A stretch of DNA of 64,000 bases from Candidatus Marinacidobacterales bacterium. GTDB taxonomy: Bacteria; Acidobacteriota; Vicinamibacteria; Marinacidobacterales; DATDRI01. The notes beneath the pieces were generated by a model. It had not been told where the DNA came from and did no database searches. It saw only the letters and a list, made by a program, of their open reading frames with translations. The stretch covers positions 4,416,001 through 4,480,000 of the forward strand of contig OZ245365.1 in the NCBI GenBank assembly GCA_965226495.1, written 5' to 3'. How positions within the stretch are numbered: position 1 is the stretch's first letter; every line of letters starts with the position of its first letter. Below are positions 1 to 9,949 of this stretch, piece after piece. Position numbers and translations under genes: made by a program.

Positions 1-1
1 A

Positions 2-307
2 AACCTCGTCACCATCGATCACGGCAACGGTGAGTACACGCTAACCTGCCACTTGGCAACAGGAAGCGTGACGGTGGCCGTCGGCGACCGCGTGACGGCC
101 GGACAAGTTATCGGAAAAGTTGGACAGGCAGGCCTCGTTCACTTCAACATGATGAACGACGGCGAATGGCTCGAGGCCCATGGAGTCCCATCGCTCTTCA
201 GCGATTTCGAGCGTGTTCTTCCGGGCACCGCGCCTCAGCGTATCGAACGCGGCAACCCGAGGACGGGTTGGCTCGTGGCTCCCGTGGAGGGAGCTCCTAA
301 CTCTTAG
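2..307 (+). CDS. M23 family metallopeptidase, C-terminal part (5' truncated by window edge)
   Basis: Frame open from base 2: NLVTIDHGNGEYTLTCHLATGSVTVAVGDRVTAGQVIGKVG...VHF, the typical M23 'I.H..G..T.Y.HL...V..G+.V..GQ.IG.VG' pattern. Confidence 0.8.
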   Translation, partial: NLVTIDHGNGEYTLTCHLATGSVTVAVGDRVTAGQVIGKVGQAGLVHFNMMNDGEWLEAHGVPSLFSDFERVLPGTAPQRIERGNPRTGWLVAPVEGAPNS

Positions 308-1023
308 GCAAAGCGCTTCGAGTCTTCCGCCGCGTACTTGGCCACCTTGCTGTCCGCCGCGGACGTAATATCGAGAGCCTCGACGACGTCAGCCAGCTTG
401 GACGCAGGGATGGCGCAGGTCACCTCACTCGGCGACATTCCAGTTCGTACCCGGCTCAACATGCATCCGACACTGGCAGCGATCTCGCCTTGCTCCTTGG
501 CGATGGCGATGATGTGGCACTGCGGTTTCCCCTCGAATCGAAGTCCCGGAATGGCGTCATGAAGGATCATGAGTTGCGTGGCGTTGAGGCGCAACAGAAT
601 CACGTCGGGATCGAACGGTGTTTCCTCGAGTGGTCCGTAGGTGATGTAGCGGTGCCGCGTCTTGACCACCGGGATCTGCGGCACGACGTCCATGCTGACC
701 CATCCACTGTCGAGCAAAGCAGCCACATCGCTGTTTCCGGATACCTCATCCATCGTCTTGAGGCCATGTGTCAAGCTTCCGACGCTGCAATTGCCGTGGT
801 CCTCGGCGACGGTGCTGAACGTACGGTCCGTGGCCTTCATCCAGAAAACGCAGCCGGCGGGAACCTTACCGGTCCGTCCATCCGGCATCGGGTCCGCCAT
901 CGGTCCCTCGAATTGCGGAACCCCCTGCGACTCGTCGGAAAATGTGATGGCGATGGGAGCGGCTTGCAGCTTCAGTTTCGAGTTTAGCGCCGACGCGAGA
1001 TCGCGCCAGTTATCTCTGTTCAT
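304..1023 (-). CDS. DUF169 family protein
   Basis: Start re-assigned to ATG 1023 (GGAAGGAAAG upstream); 'L.L...PIAI', 'C.F', 'C..G', 'PL...F.PDVILL', 'C......A', 'S.GC..SR' Cys pattern of DUF169. Confidence 0.75.
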   Translation of the reverse strand: MNRDNWRDLASALNSKLKLQAAPIAITFSDESQGVPQFEGPMADPMPDGRTGKVPAGCVFWMKATDRTFSTVAEDHGNCSVGSLTHGLKTMDEVSGNSDVAALLDSGWVSMDVVPQIPVVKTRHRYITYGPLEETPFDPDVILLRLNATQLMILHDAIPGLRFEGKPQCHIIAIAKEQGEIAASVGCMLSRVRTGMSPSEVTCAIPASKLADVVEALDITSAADSKVAKYAAEDSKRFA

Positions 1024-1132
1024 GTGGATACTTTCCTTCCTGCGAGGTGTACGCATCGATGAACGCACCAGAGCACTATAGGCAAACCGCCCCCACGTGT
1101 GCAAGAATGCTCGCCCAGCGAGGAGGGAGAAA

Positions 1133-1536
1133 ATGGCACATAAACTTTATAGCGCGGTGGTCGACGATCTGCCGTGGGAGCCATGGAATCTCTATTTCAA
1201 GGGCGCACCGCCCAATCCCGAGGGCGGCGAGTACGGTGGCTGGTGCAAAGTCCTGAGGCGCGCCGAAGACGGGGACCCCGCTTGGACATTCTTGCTGAGG
1301 CTCGTCCCCCGGCCGGAAAGAAAGTTCGTTTCGCCGCCGTCTCTGGTAGTAACGAGGAGGGATATCTTCTAGCCGGCAGTGCCGTCGATTCGGAAGGCAA
1401 TCGTACCCAGCCGGGAAGCTACTTTTTTACAGGCAAAGGCACTCCCCACGCCGGCTTCCTGGACGAGGAGCATCTCGTCCTCGTGCACTACGACGGCGAA
1501 CCGGACATCATCAAGAAGTTTGAGATCACTGACTGA
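1133..1536 (+). pseudogene. Cupin-fold (ChrR-like) protein split by a 1-nt frameshift (possibly a sequencing error)
   Basis: GGAGGGAG RBS then ATG 1133 (MAHKLYSAVVDDLPW...TFLLRLVP); the protein continues in another frame (PAGKKVRF...EEGYLLAGS...QPGSYFFTGKGTPHAG). One extra C in the C5 run at 1306-1310 joins them. Confidence 0.65.
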
Positions 1537-1566
1537 GAGGCCACAAAGAGGCCCGTACTCTGGTCC

Positions 1567-3237
1567 TTACTGCTCCTTCGATCGCACCGTCGGGTACTCG
1601 ACGCCTAGCTGCTCGAGATACGTGTCATATTTCGACGGGTCGTAGTAGTACTTGCGCATCTCCTCACGAAAATCGGCCATCCGCTCGGTGTTCAAGTGGA
1701 CGGCGGGCGAGTCCGACTCCCCTATGAAAGGCGTGTATTGCCTGTCGTTCGTCTGCACGTCATTGAAGTAGCTCCAGGAAGCTCGAACCTTCTCCGCATC
1801 GAGAAAGAAGTCCAGGGCGGTCAACGCCAGCACCTTGGCGCCAGCCGTCGAGCCTTTGTGCGCGATCGGCGTCGCCATCGCCACCGCGCTCGACCAGTGG
1901 TGCCCACCACCACCCGTCGCGAAGTTGGCCGGATAGCGAAGCGTCACGGTCGGTACCACCCAGGATACGTCGCCGATATCGTCCGAGCCGCCTCCAGTGC
2001 GAGGCTTGGGAGCCGGCCCACGGATCTCCGTGAGCTCGGTCCGGAGACCGGCAACACCAGACCAAGGACCGCGGTTTTCCTCCTCCGGGTCGAATCCCAT
2101 CTCCGCTTGTAGAGCCAGGGCCAGCGCCAGGTCCGCCTCGGTCCACTCCGGCAATCCGACCTCCACGATATTCTCGTACATCGTCTCGGCGATCACCTTG
2201 TTGAAGTGCCTCGGCCATGCAGACCCCAAAATTCGCGACTCGACTTCGGTCTCGGTCATCGCCGCGGCAGCCTGGCTGATCGTCTGGCCGATGTCGTAGA
2301 GGCGCTTGATATGGTCGTAGTCGAGCTCGCGGTAAAAGTACCAGACCGATGCCAGCGGAGGCACAACGTTCGGCTGATCGCCGCCGTTGGTGATGACGTA
2401 GTGGATGCGAGTGGGAAGGCGAAGATGTTCGCGACGAAAGTTCCACGCCGTGTTCATCAGCTCGACCGCATCGAGCGCGCTTCGTCCAAGCCAAGGAGCA
2501 CCGGCGCCGTGCGCCGCTTTGCCGGTAAAAGTGTGCTCCACCGAGACCAATCCGTTTCCGGCCGCGTCGCCCCAACTCACGTTGAGATTGTCACTGACGT
2601 GAGTGAAGAACACCATGTCCACATCACTGAACACACCCTCCCGCACGAGGTAGGCTTTGGTAGCGACCAGCTCTTCCGCGACTCCCGGCCACAGCATCAA
2701 GGTACCGGGGATGCTCTCTCGCTCCATGATCTCTTTGAGCACCAGCGCCGCCGTGACGTTGACCGCCTGGCCGGAGTTGTGCCCCTCGCCGTGGCCCGGG
2801 GCTCCTTCGACGATGGGAGAGTGGTATGCCACCCCCGGCTTCTGAGAGGCTTTGGGAATGCCGTCGATGTCGCTGCCGAACGCGATCACCGGTTTGCCCG
2901 AGCCCCAACGCGCCACCCAAGCGGTGGGAATACCGGCGACTCCTCGCTCAACGCTGAAACCGTTCTCCTCGAGGATCCCGGTCACGAAACGGGAGGTTTC
3001 GACTTCTTGAAAACCCAGCTCACCGAAACTAAAGATGCTGTCGACCATCACCTGGGTGAGCTTGGCCCGCTTCTCAACCTCGACGAAAGCCTCGGTCTTG
3101 AAACGGTCGAGCCGGTCGTCAAGCGCGCCAGGCGCGCCAGGCGCGGCTACCGCGGCGGACGCCGCGAGCACGGCTTGGCTCGCCCAGGCAATCCCCACCA
3201 ACATGATCCATCGCACGAACATCGGCCTTCCTTTCAT
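1567..3237 (-). CDS. Secreted M20-family amidohydrolase, AbgB-like (aminobenzoyl-glutamate utilization protein B family)
   Basis: Signal peptide; ELGFQE, GHGEGHN, AEE, 'GKAAH...PWLGRSALDAVELMN', 'GGDQPNVVP', 'GSDDIGDVSWVVPT', HHW motifs. Confidence 0.85.
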   Translation of the reverse strand: MKGRPMFVRWIMLVGIAWASQAVLAASAAVAAPGAPGALDDRLDRFKTEAFVEVEKRAKLTQVMVDSIFSFGELGFQEVETSRFVTGILEENGFSVERGVAGIPTAWVARWGSGKPVIAFGSDIDGIPKASQKPGVAYHSPIVEGAPGHGEGHNSGQAVNVTAALVLKEIMERESIPGTLMLWPGVAEELVATKAYLVREGVFSDVDMVFFTHVSDNLNVSWGDAAGNGLVSVEHTFTGKAAHGAGAPWLGRSALDAVELMNTAWNFRREHLRLPTRIHYVITNGGDQPNVVPPLASVWYFYRELDYDHIKRLYDIGQTISQAAAAMTETEVESRILGSAWPRHFNKVIAETMYENIVEVGLPEWTEADLALALALQAEMGFDPEEENRGPWSGVAGLRTELTEIRGPAPKPRTGGGSDDIGDVSWVVPTVTLRYPANFATGGGGHHWSSAVAMATPIAHKGSTAGAKVLALTALDFFLDAEKVRASWSYFNDVQTNDRQYTPFIGESDSPAVHLNTERMADFREEMRKYYYDPSKYDTYLEQLGVEYPTVRSKEQ

Positions 3238-3251
3238 CTATTGGTAATCAG

Positions 3252-3968
3252 TCACGCCGCGGCCGGAGCTGGAGCCTTCCGCTTGCCCACCGCGAAGCCC
3301 GCCATCGCAAGAATGCTCAAGAAAACCGTGACCACGATGGAAACTCGGAAATGTCCGAGGACGTGCTGAGCCTGGGACAACTCGGCGGGCTGGAAGCCTT
3401 GGCCGGGAGCGTGGAAGTAATTGGTGCCCCCTAGGCCTTCCGTTACTTGGATGCCGTAGACAACTAACAACGTGAAACAAGCCGCCAGCAACAAGAAAGC
3501 GTTTCGCAAGTATCCCAGGGGCCGTGAGAGCAAGTAGCCGAGACTGGCAACACCCAGCGACATGACAACAGAGAAACACATCACGATGAGCTGCCCCACG
3601 ATGTGATCCCCGATTCCCATGCCGGCCGGCGCGTTTCCGGCCCCGGGGGCATGAAACCAACCGTGAATACCGGCGAAACCCTCGACCAGGATCGCTAGGA
3701 TGATGAAACCGTACATCGTCGCCGACAGCAAGAAGGCGATGGGGAGCAAATGGCGATAGCCGCTGAAGCCACTGGCCTTGGCCCGCTGACCGTAGATGAG
3801 CGCCGCGAGCGCCGTGACAATCGTCATGCTGACCAGATCAGTAGCTCGATCATAAGGCACGCCGGAGACCTCCACGATGAAGCGAAGGACTCCCATGGCG
3901 AGGATGGCGAGGAGACCGGTACGGACGAAGCTCAGGTAGTCACTAAGGCTCTTACCCAAGAGAGACAT
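3252..3968 (-). CDS. Uncharacterised multi-pass membrane protein with an internal FHAPG...H repeat
   Basis: ATG 3968 with GAGG upstream; about 6 hydrophobic segments; duplicated motif WFHAPGAG...DHIVG / YFHAPGQG...QHVLG. Confidence 0.7.
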   Translation of the reverse strand: MSLLGKSLSDYLSFVRTGLLAILAMGVLRFIVEVSGVPYDRATDLVSMTIVTALAALIYGQRAKASGFSGYRHLLPIAFLLSATMYGFIILAILVEGFAGIHGWFHAPGAGNAPAGMGIGDHIVGQLIVMCFSVVMSLGVASLGYLLSRPLGYLRNAFLLLAACFTLLVVYGIQVTEGLGGTNYFHAPGQGFQPAELSQAQHVLGHFRVSIVVTVFLSILAMAGFAVGKRKAPAPAAA

Positions 3969-4084
3969 GAAACCTACCTCGTGAAAAGAAGGGCTTATAC
4001 CACCGTCGGCGCCAGAGTATACCCCGACCGTAACGTAGTAAAATATGAACTGGTATCGCACACGCGGAAAGGGATCTTCGAAGC

Positions 4085-4423
4085 ATGGCCAAGACAGTGG
4101 ATTGGTACTACCAGCGCAAGGGCTGAACGAGCTGTGGAAAGGCGTCCAAGTTCATGGACGCGAACGGAATCGACGCCAAGGAAGTGATCCCGGCCTCTAG
4201 CAAGCTTGGACGGCGAGAAGCCGCGGAGCTCATTAGCGCTGCATCGAAGGTGATCGTGGCCAAGGGGAAAAAGGTCTCGTCCTTTCCCGGTGGAGAAGTT
4301 ACCGAGGAAAAAGTGGCCGCGCTGTTGGGTCCCACGGGCAATCTGCGCGCGCCCACCATCCGAGTCGGCAAGACCTTGCTGGTCGGCTTCAACGAGTCTT
4401 CGTACGAAAAAGCGCTCTTGTAA
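4085..4423 (+). CDS. ArsC/Spx-like thioredoxin-fold selenoprotein (UGA read as Sec, UxxC motif)
   Basis: ATG 4085 gives MAKTVDWYYQRKG-TGA(4124-4126)-TSCGKASKFMDAN..., in frame with the ORF-track protein 4154..4423 that ends in the ArsC-like 'LLGPTGNLRAPTIRVGKTLLVGFNE'. Confidence 0.88.
4142..4161 (+). promoter_or_regulatory. Candidate bacterial SECIS hairpin
   Basis: GCGTCCA-agttca-TGGACGC: perfect 7-bp stem; loop starts 22 nt after the in-frame UGA and has G at its second position. Confidence 0.7.
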
Positions 4424-4430
4424 TGTGACC

Positions 4431-6566
4431 CTATCGCCGGGCATCCCCACGAATTTGTGATAGCGGACTCATCTCGGGACCACCCTCTACGAGATCAAGA
4501 ATCAGCGACCCGGAGGGCGCGCGCGTCACGACCGCGTCCGGCGGTACCACGATCGTTGTTGCGGGTGTTTCCACGATGACCGGCCCTTCAAGCGAGTCCC
4601 CGGCGGCGAGCGATTCGAGCCGATAGACAGGTGTCGGGTGAGAACGACCGGCGAAAAAAGCATCGCGTTTGGTCCTCGGCTCTGGCTGGACCTTGTTAAC
4701 TTCTACTTTCGCCTGCGTTAACTCGGGTAGTGGGCACCGCGCGCTCGCATGCCAGGCGACGAACTCGACCTTCGAGCGCTCGTCCCGATGCGCGAAGACA
4801 CGCTCGTGAGTAGCGTGGAAATCGCGTCTGAGGACCTCCACGTCCTCGTCCCCCGCGAATGACTCGACGCGCAGCGGCACCTCGATCTCCCAATGCTGAC
4901 GCGGGTAACGCGCTTCGACCGCGAAGCGGATCGATGCCCCTTCGGGCGGCACACCGGATTCTGTGATGAAGGTTTCGCTAAGCCGCCTAAGCTCGGCTAG
5001 CGTGGCGTTCACTCCGACGAAGTCGAACGCGTCGGTATCGGTGGCCAGGAAGGCCGATTTGTCGCTGCGGAGATCCGAGACCAACGCACCGGTGGCACTC
5101 AGCCCCGCCGCCGTCTCGGGTACGACAATGCGCCGGACGCCTAGTCGCCGCGCGATGGGGACCGAGTACAAGCCCGCCCCACCCCCTCCGCCGATCATGA
5201 TCGCTCGGCGGGGATCGACGCCTTGGTTAAGGGTGATCTCTTCGATTGCGGTCACCATGCGCTCGCATGCCAGTTCGAAGATCGCGCCGGCTGCCTCTTC
5301 GACTCCGAGCCCTGAAGGCTTGGCGACCCCACGTTCCACCGCGGCGGTAGCGAGGGCCGGATCGAGCACCATCTTCCCACCGAGGAAGTATTGGGGATCG
5401 ATGTAGCCGAGTAGGACCGCGCTGTCGGTTACCGTGGGCTCCCCACCACCGTGACCGTAGGAAGCGGGACCCGGCTCGGAGCCGGCGCTTTCGGGACCCA
5501 CGTGTAGTAGGCCACCGTCGTCGACCCATGCGATGGATCCGCCACCGGCGCCGATCGACCGAACGTCAAGCGACGGAAACCCGAGCATGAATCCCGGGAA
5601 CGGCCCCACAGTGGCCTCACGATTCCAGGGGATCTCTCCGCCGCGCAGAAGGCTTACGTCGAAGGTGGTGCCTCCCGCATCCATCACGATCGCAGTGTCG
5701 ACCGACGCGTCGAGTCGAGCATAATGCTGCCCCGCGCTCGGCGCAGCTGCTGGGCCCGAACCCACCGAGTGGATCGGCGCGCGCGCAGCCTGGTCGGCGT
5801 CGAGAACTCCGCCAGAGGACGTGAGGGTGAGTAGCCGACCGGCGAATCCTTCCTCCTTCAATGTCTGGCTAATACCCGCGAAGTAGCGCGACATCAGCGG
5901 CTTGAGGGACGCATCGATCGAGGTGGCAGACGCCCGTCGGTACTCTCGAATCGTGGGGTTTAGTTGATGCGACAACGTGTACGGGACGCCGGGAAGGATT
6001 TCCTCGATGAGATCGCCAAGCACAAGCTCATGGGCGGGGTTGACGATGGACCAGAGAAGACAAACCGCGACGGCCTCGACTTTGATCTCGCCCAGACGCG
6101 CGAGTGTGTCGCGGGCAGCCGATTCGTCGAGCGGATGGTGAACGGTGCCATCCCAACGCATCCGTTCCGGGATCTCGAACGTCAAGGCACGGGGTACATA
6201 CGGCTCCGGGAACGGCTGGGAGAAGTCGAGTGTGCGAAGGCGCCCGCCCCCCTCGCGCCACAGCAGCGTATCGGGATGCCCTTCCGTGCACAAGAAGGCG
6301 GTACGCGCCGTCGACGACGTGACGATCGCGTTCGTGGCGCGCGTCGTGCCGTGCACGATCTGCGTCGCCCGGCCGAGAAGTTCCCGCGTGGATAGACCGA
6401 GACTGTCCGCGGCGATCCCGATGGTGTCGAGAAGCCCTCGGGTCGGGTCATCCGGTGTCGTGGAGCTCTTGAACAAGCGCAGGCCGCCGGGGAGACCGTC
6501 CACGATGAGATCCGTGAACGTCCCTCCCACATCCGCTCCCAAACGGAGCCGCGCTAACTCGCTCAT
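4431..6566 (-). CDS. Hydantoinase/oxoprolinase subunit A (ATP-dependent lactam/cyclic amide hydrolase)
   Basis: DVGGTFTD, HGTT..TNA, SGPAA, DAGGTTFDVS, SIGAGGGSIAW..G.L.VGPESAGS.PGPA.YG.GG..PTVTD. Confidence 0.92.
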   Translation of the reverse strand: MSELARLRLGADVGGTFTDLIVDGLPGGLRLFKSSTTPDDPTRGLLDTIGIAADSLGLSTRELLGRATQIVHGTTRATNAIVTSSTARTAFLCTEGHPDTLLWREGGGRLRTLDFSQPFPEPYVPRALTFEIPERMRWDGTVHHPLDESAARDTLARLGEIKVEAVAVCLLWSIVNPAHELVLGDLIEEILPGVPYTLSHQLNPTIREYRRASATSIDASLKPLMSRYFAGISQTLKEEGFAGRLLTLTSSGGVLDADQAARAPIHSVGSGPAAAPSAGQHYARLDASVDTAIVMDAGGTTFDVSLLRGGEIPWNREATVGPFPGFMLGFPSLDVRSIGAGGGSIAWVDDGGLLHVGPESAGSEPGPASYGHGGGEPTVTDSAVLLGYIDPQYFLGGKMVLDPALATAAVERGVAKPSGLGVEEAAGAIFELACERMVTAIEEITLNQGVDPRRAIMIGGGGGAGLYSVPIARRLGVRRIVVPETAAGLSATGALVSDLRSDKSAFLATDTDAFDFVGVNATLAELRRLSETFITESGVPPEGASIRFAVEARYPRQHWEIEVPLRVESFAGDEDVEVLRRDFHATHERVFAHRDERSKVEFVAWHASARCPLPELTQAKVEVNKVQPEPRTKRDAFFAGRSHPTPVYRLESLAAGDSLEGPVIVETPATTIVVPPDAVVTRAPSGSLILDLVEGGPEMSPLSQIRGDARR

Positions 6567-8335
6567 CAGCGATTGTCTTCTCTCTCACCACGTAGTCTGC
6601 GGGTTTCGTCCTCGTCGATCTCGTTCTCCGCCGTGATCGCGACGCGGTACACTTCTCGGGCGCGTTCCACACTGACCCAACCCTCGCGGACGTCGTGCAG
6701 GACTCGCGAGGGCTCCCGCTCCTCTGGCGGTCCGTAGCCACCGGCGCCACAGCATTTCGAGACGATTCTTTCGCCAGGCTCGAGGGTGACACGAAATCCC
6801 CACCCGAGATCTTCCGAGAGCTCGCCGTCCCGGCCGCGCTTCAACTGTGCGGCCGGTGCGCCGGTGCCACCGCCGCGCGCGCCACGCGAAGGGAAGTGGG
6901 TTCCATCGCTGCCGCCGATCACTTCGATCGGAGTATCCAGCGGCCCGAACTCGACGTAGGCGCCCGGCGCGCCTCGGAAGCGCCCTGCTCCCTCGCTGTC
7001 CGGGATCAAGCGCTCCTCGTAAATCATAATCGGGTGCCTGAGCTCGTCCACCTCGATGCTATCTCGCATCATCGTTCCTGCCGACCCGATACCGGCCAGC
7101 GTCAGCCAGCCGTCGGCTTTGGGTGCGCCGGCGCCGTGCGTGGTTCCGAGGACGAGGCCGTCCGCGAACCGGCGGTTGCCGTGTCGTGGATCGGTTCCCG
7201 AGATTTTGGCCCAAGCGGCGGGTAGCGTCGCGCCGACCTCGGCCATCCCGTAACCGTCACCGAGCTCCGCCATCGCCATGGTCACTTGTTTGGCAACGCG
7301 TTCAGCGAGATGGGTCGTTGCCATCGAGCAGCTCGTTGGGTGTCGCGGGATACCCACGATGCAGTTCTCGCGGAGGAAGACCTCCACGCGACGGAAACTT
7401 CCGGCATTCGTAGGGATGTACTCGTCGAGACTGGCGAAGACTCCGATGAGCCCGGCCGTCGAAGCGGTGGCCTCGCTCAAGTTGAGGCCATTCGGAACGC
7501 AGTCGATATTGTCGCGAAGATCCACCTCAACCTTCTGCTCCTCCGGATCGACGCTGACCTGTACGTTGAGCGGAATCCCCTCGGGAAACCCCGGCACGGG
7601 ATCGTAGCGACCCGTCGTGGTTCTCGACCCGGCAGGCAGGCGCGCGATCGCTGACTTCATCCGCTGCTCGCTGTAATCGAGCCACTGGAGCGTATAGCTT
7701 TCGAGAACCTCCGGTCCGACCTCCCGCAATAGCTCCAACAGCAGTCTCTCGCCGATTCTCGCCGCGCCGACCAAGGCCTGATAGTCGCCGTACCAGAGCT
7801 CTGGTATCCGGATCCGCATGCGGCACATGTTGATGATGTCGTCGATGTCCTCGTAGTCGTCTTGCACCTTGACCGCGGGGAAGATCAGCGCGCCTTCTTC
7901 GTAGACGTCCCTAGCTCGGAAGTGACGCGTCGCCGGGATGGAGTTGCCGGTGTCCGCGAGGTGTCCCTTCGACAACAGGGTGAAGCGGTGGACTCCCTCG
8001 TCATCGATCACCGGAACCAGGATGGCCCAGTCGGCGGCATGCGAGTTTCCATGGTACGGGGAGTTGTGGAGGAATGCGTCGCCACGCCGAAAATCCGGAT
8101 GGAGCTCCATCATCGACTTCGCCATCAGGTCCGCGCCGCGAAACACGTGGATGGGGATGCTGTCGTCCACCGCGAGTAACTCGTTGGCGGGTGTGAGAAC
8201 GGCGCACGAGCAGTCTCGCGCGCCGGCGAGAATGACCGACCGAGCACTCCGCCGCAGCGTATTGATCATCGCGCGGATGATGCCGTCGATGCGATTGTTC
8301 AACAGCGCGAGCTCGATGGGCCCCAGAGTCTTCAT
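6566..8335 (-). CDS. Hydantoinase B/oxoprolinase subunit
   Basis: ATG 8335 overlaps the upstream stop (ATGA); 'RRSARS...ARDCSC', 'HNSPYHGNSHAAD', 'DSEGAGRFRGAPG', 'GAGGYGPPEER'. Confidence 0.92.
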   Translation of the reverse strand: MKTLGPIELALLNNRIDGIIRAMINTLRRSARSVILAGARDCSCAVLTPANELLAVDDSIPIHVFRGADLMAKSMMELHPDFRRGDAFLHNSPYHGNSHAADWAILVPVIDDEGVHRFTLLSKGHLADTGNSIPATRHFRARDVYEEGALIFPAVKVQDDYEDIDDIINMCRMRIRIPELWYGDYQALVGAARIGERLLLELLREVGPEVLESYTLQWLDYSEQRMKSAIARLPAGSRTTTGRYDPVPGFPEGIPLNVQVSVDPEEQKVEVDLRDNIDCVPNGLNLSEATASTAGLIGVFASLDEYIPTNAGSFRRVEVFLRENCIVGIPRHPTSCSMATTHLAERVAKQVTMAMAELGDGYGMAEVGATLPAAWAKISGTDPRHGNRRFADGLVLGTTHGAGAPKADGWLTLAGIGSAGTMMRDSIEVDELRHPIMIYEERLIPDSEGAGRFRGAPGAYVEFGPLDTPIEVIGGSDGTHFPSRGARGGGTGAPAAQLKRGRDGELSEDLGWGFRVTLEPGERIVSKCCGAGGYGPPEEREPSRVLHDVREGWVSVERAREVYRVAITAENEIDEDETRRLRGEREDNR

Positions 8336-9942
8336 AGGAGGCCCGACGGAGCGTCCGGAGCCGACCAAACGGTCCGCCCATCGATCGCGACGAGAGTTGG
8401 CGTCAGCGACGGCCAGTCGTTCGGATCCTTAGCCAGCGGGTTTTCACTCCACACGACGAAATCGGCGGCGCTGGCAGGGGCGATCGTACCCACGTCGGCC
8501 CCGATGTAGGCACCACCGGCGCGGGTGAATAAACCGATCGCCTGAGCTGGGTCGAGCGCCTCCTTGTCCCCTAAACTCGACCCGTCCCATGCCTGGCGCG
8601 TGACCGCGATCTTGGCGCTGAGGAGCGGCGGGCATGGAAGCGTGTCGGAGCCGGCGGCGACCTCGACGTCAAGAGACATCATGCTGGCCAGCGGGTTCGA
8701 GCGACCTGCAAGTGGTCCCCATGCCTCGCGCATCTCCTCGACGAAGACGTACGCCAAAAGCGGCTGCACCGACACTCCGATGCCCAGCTCTCGGCAAGCG
8801 AGCATATCGCCAGTGTCCATCAGGAACGCGTGGGCCAGCGTGACCTGCCCGGGCGCCAGGGTCGCCCCTTCCTGACGAACGCTCCGAACGACGTCGATGA
8901 CCGCTTCGATCGCCGCACCGCCCATCACGTGAACGCACAGGGGCCATCCGCGATCCGCGCACAGCGAGACCAGAGTCTGGATCTCGTCCACGCTGTAGCG
9001 TGGGATCGCAGGCTCGGCGAGCTCTTCGCCTTTCCTCATCCACGAGCCCGAGAACTCGCCGTCGAGAAGTAGTTTGACCGCCCATGCCTGCAGGCGGTCG
9101 TCGCCTTCTAGCGGAAGAGCCGAGCTCGCAAGAAGGCGATCGAGCTCCTCCGCGAATGGCCGTCGATAGTCGAACCGATTCATCAACCGAACGCGTTGTG
9201 GCAAGGTGCCACGAGACCGGGCCGTCTTGTAAAGCTCCCATCCCGCATCGAAGCCCGCCGCCAAACCGGGATCGACGATGGTCGTGATGCCCATCCCCAG
9301 CAGTTGAACGCAGGCGTCCTCGAGAAGAGCCAGCTCGTGCTCATGATCCTGAGAGCCGAGATGATAGAGATAGTCGTTGACCGTTCTCACCGCCGGTCCC
9401 CGAAGGACTCTCTTCGTGCTGTCCCATTGATCCTCCGGAACGTCCTGCAGCTTGGACGCAAGCGTGGATGCTGCCAGCCGGTTCAGAACCGCGCGCTGCG
9501 GACGGCGGTAAAGGAAAACCGGATGATCCGGTGCCGCACGATCGAGCTCTTCGCTGCTGGGTAGCCGCCGCTCCGACAGATTCCGTTCGTGCCAGAGGGC
9601 GGTATCGCCGAAGGAGCGGATCCATGTGCCCCCGGGGAGACGGCGAGCGTGAGTATTCACCGCCTCCAGGACGTCAGCCAAACTCCGCGCTTCCCCGAGG
9701 TGCACCATGGCCAGGTCGTGGGCAACCTTCTGCAAGTGCATGTGCGTGTCGCAAAAGCCTGGAAAAACCGTGGCTCCGGCCAAATCGGTGCGGCGCGTCT
9801 GCGAGCTCGCCACTCGATCGAGCACCTCCCGTTCGCCGACCGCCACGAAACGGCCGCCGGAGATTGCTACCGCGTTTGCGGTGGGGCGACTGGCGTCGAA
9901 TGTTTCGATGTGCCCGTTGAACAGAAGCCAGTCCACACCCAT
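8332..9942 (-). CDS. Amidohydrolase family 3 (YtcJ-like metal-dependent hydrolase)
   Basis: 'DLAGATVFPGFCDTHMH', 'VKLLLDG', 'VHVMG', 'AGSD', 'GTIAP...ADFVV'. Confidence 0.9.
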   Translation of the reverse strand: MGVDWLLFNGHIETFDASRPTANAVAISGGRFVAVGEREVLDRVASSQTRRTDLAGATVFPGFCDTHMHLQKVAHDLAMVHLGEARSLADVLEAVNTHARRLPGGTWIRSFGDTALWHERNLSERRLPSSEELDRAAPDHPVFLYRRPQRAVLNRLAASTLASKLQDVPEDQWDSTKRVLRGPAVRTVNDYLYHLGSQDHEHELALLEDACVQLLGMGITTIVDPGLAAGFDAGWELYKTARSRGTLPQRVRLMNRFDYRRPFAEELDRLLASSALPLEGDDRLQAWAVKLLLDGEFSGSWMRKGEELAEPAIPRYSVDEIQTLVSLCADRGWPLCVHVMGGAAIEAVIDVVRSVRQEGATLAPGQVTLAHAFLMDTGDMLACRELGIGVSVQPLLAYVFVEEMREAWGPLAGRSNPLASMMSLDVEVAAGSDTLPCPPLLSAKIAVTRQAWDGSSLGDKEALDPAQAIGLFTRAGGAYIGADVGTIAPASAADFVVWSENPLAKDPNDWPSLTPTLVAIDGRTVWSAPDAPSGLL

Positions 9943-9949
9943 CTCCTCT

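Noticed and set aside
1300-1325. Programmed ribosomal frameshift in the cupin gene
   Set aside because: A homopolymer indel explains it more simply, and similar indels occur elsewhere in the window
4154-4423. ORF-track start at 4154, or a nonsense pseudogene
   Set aside because: That start removes the redox motif; UGA position plus hairpin favour Sec recoding
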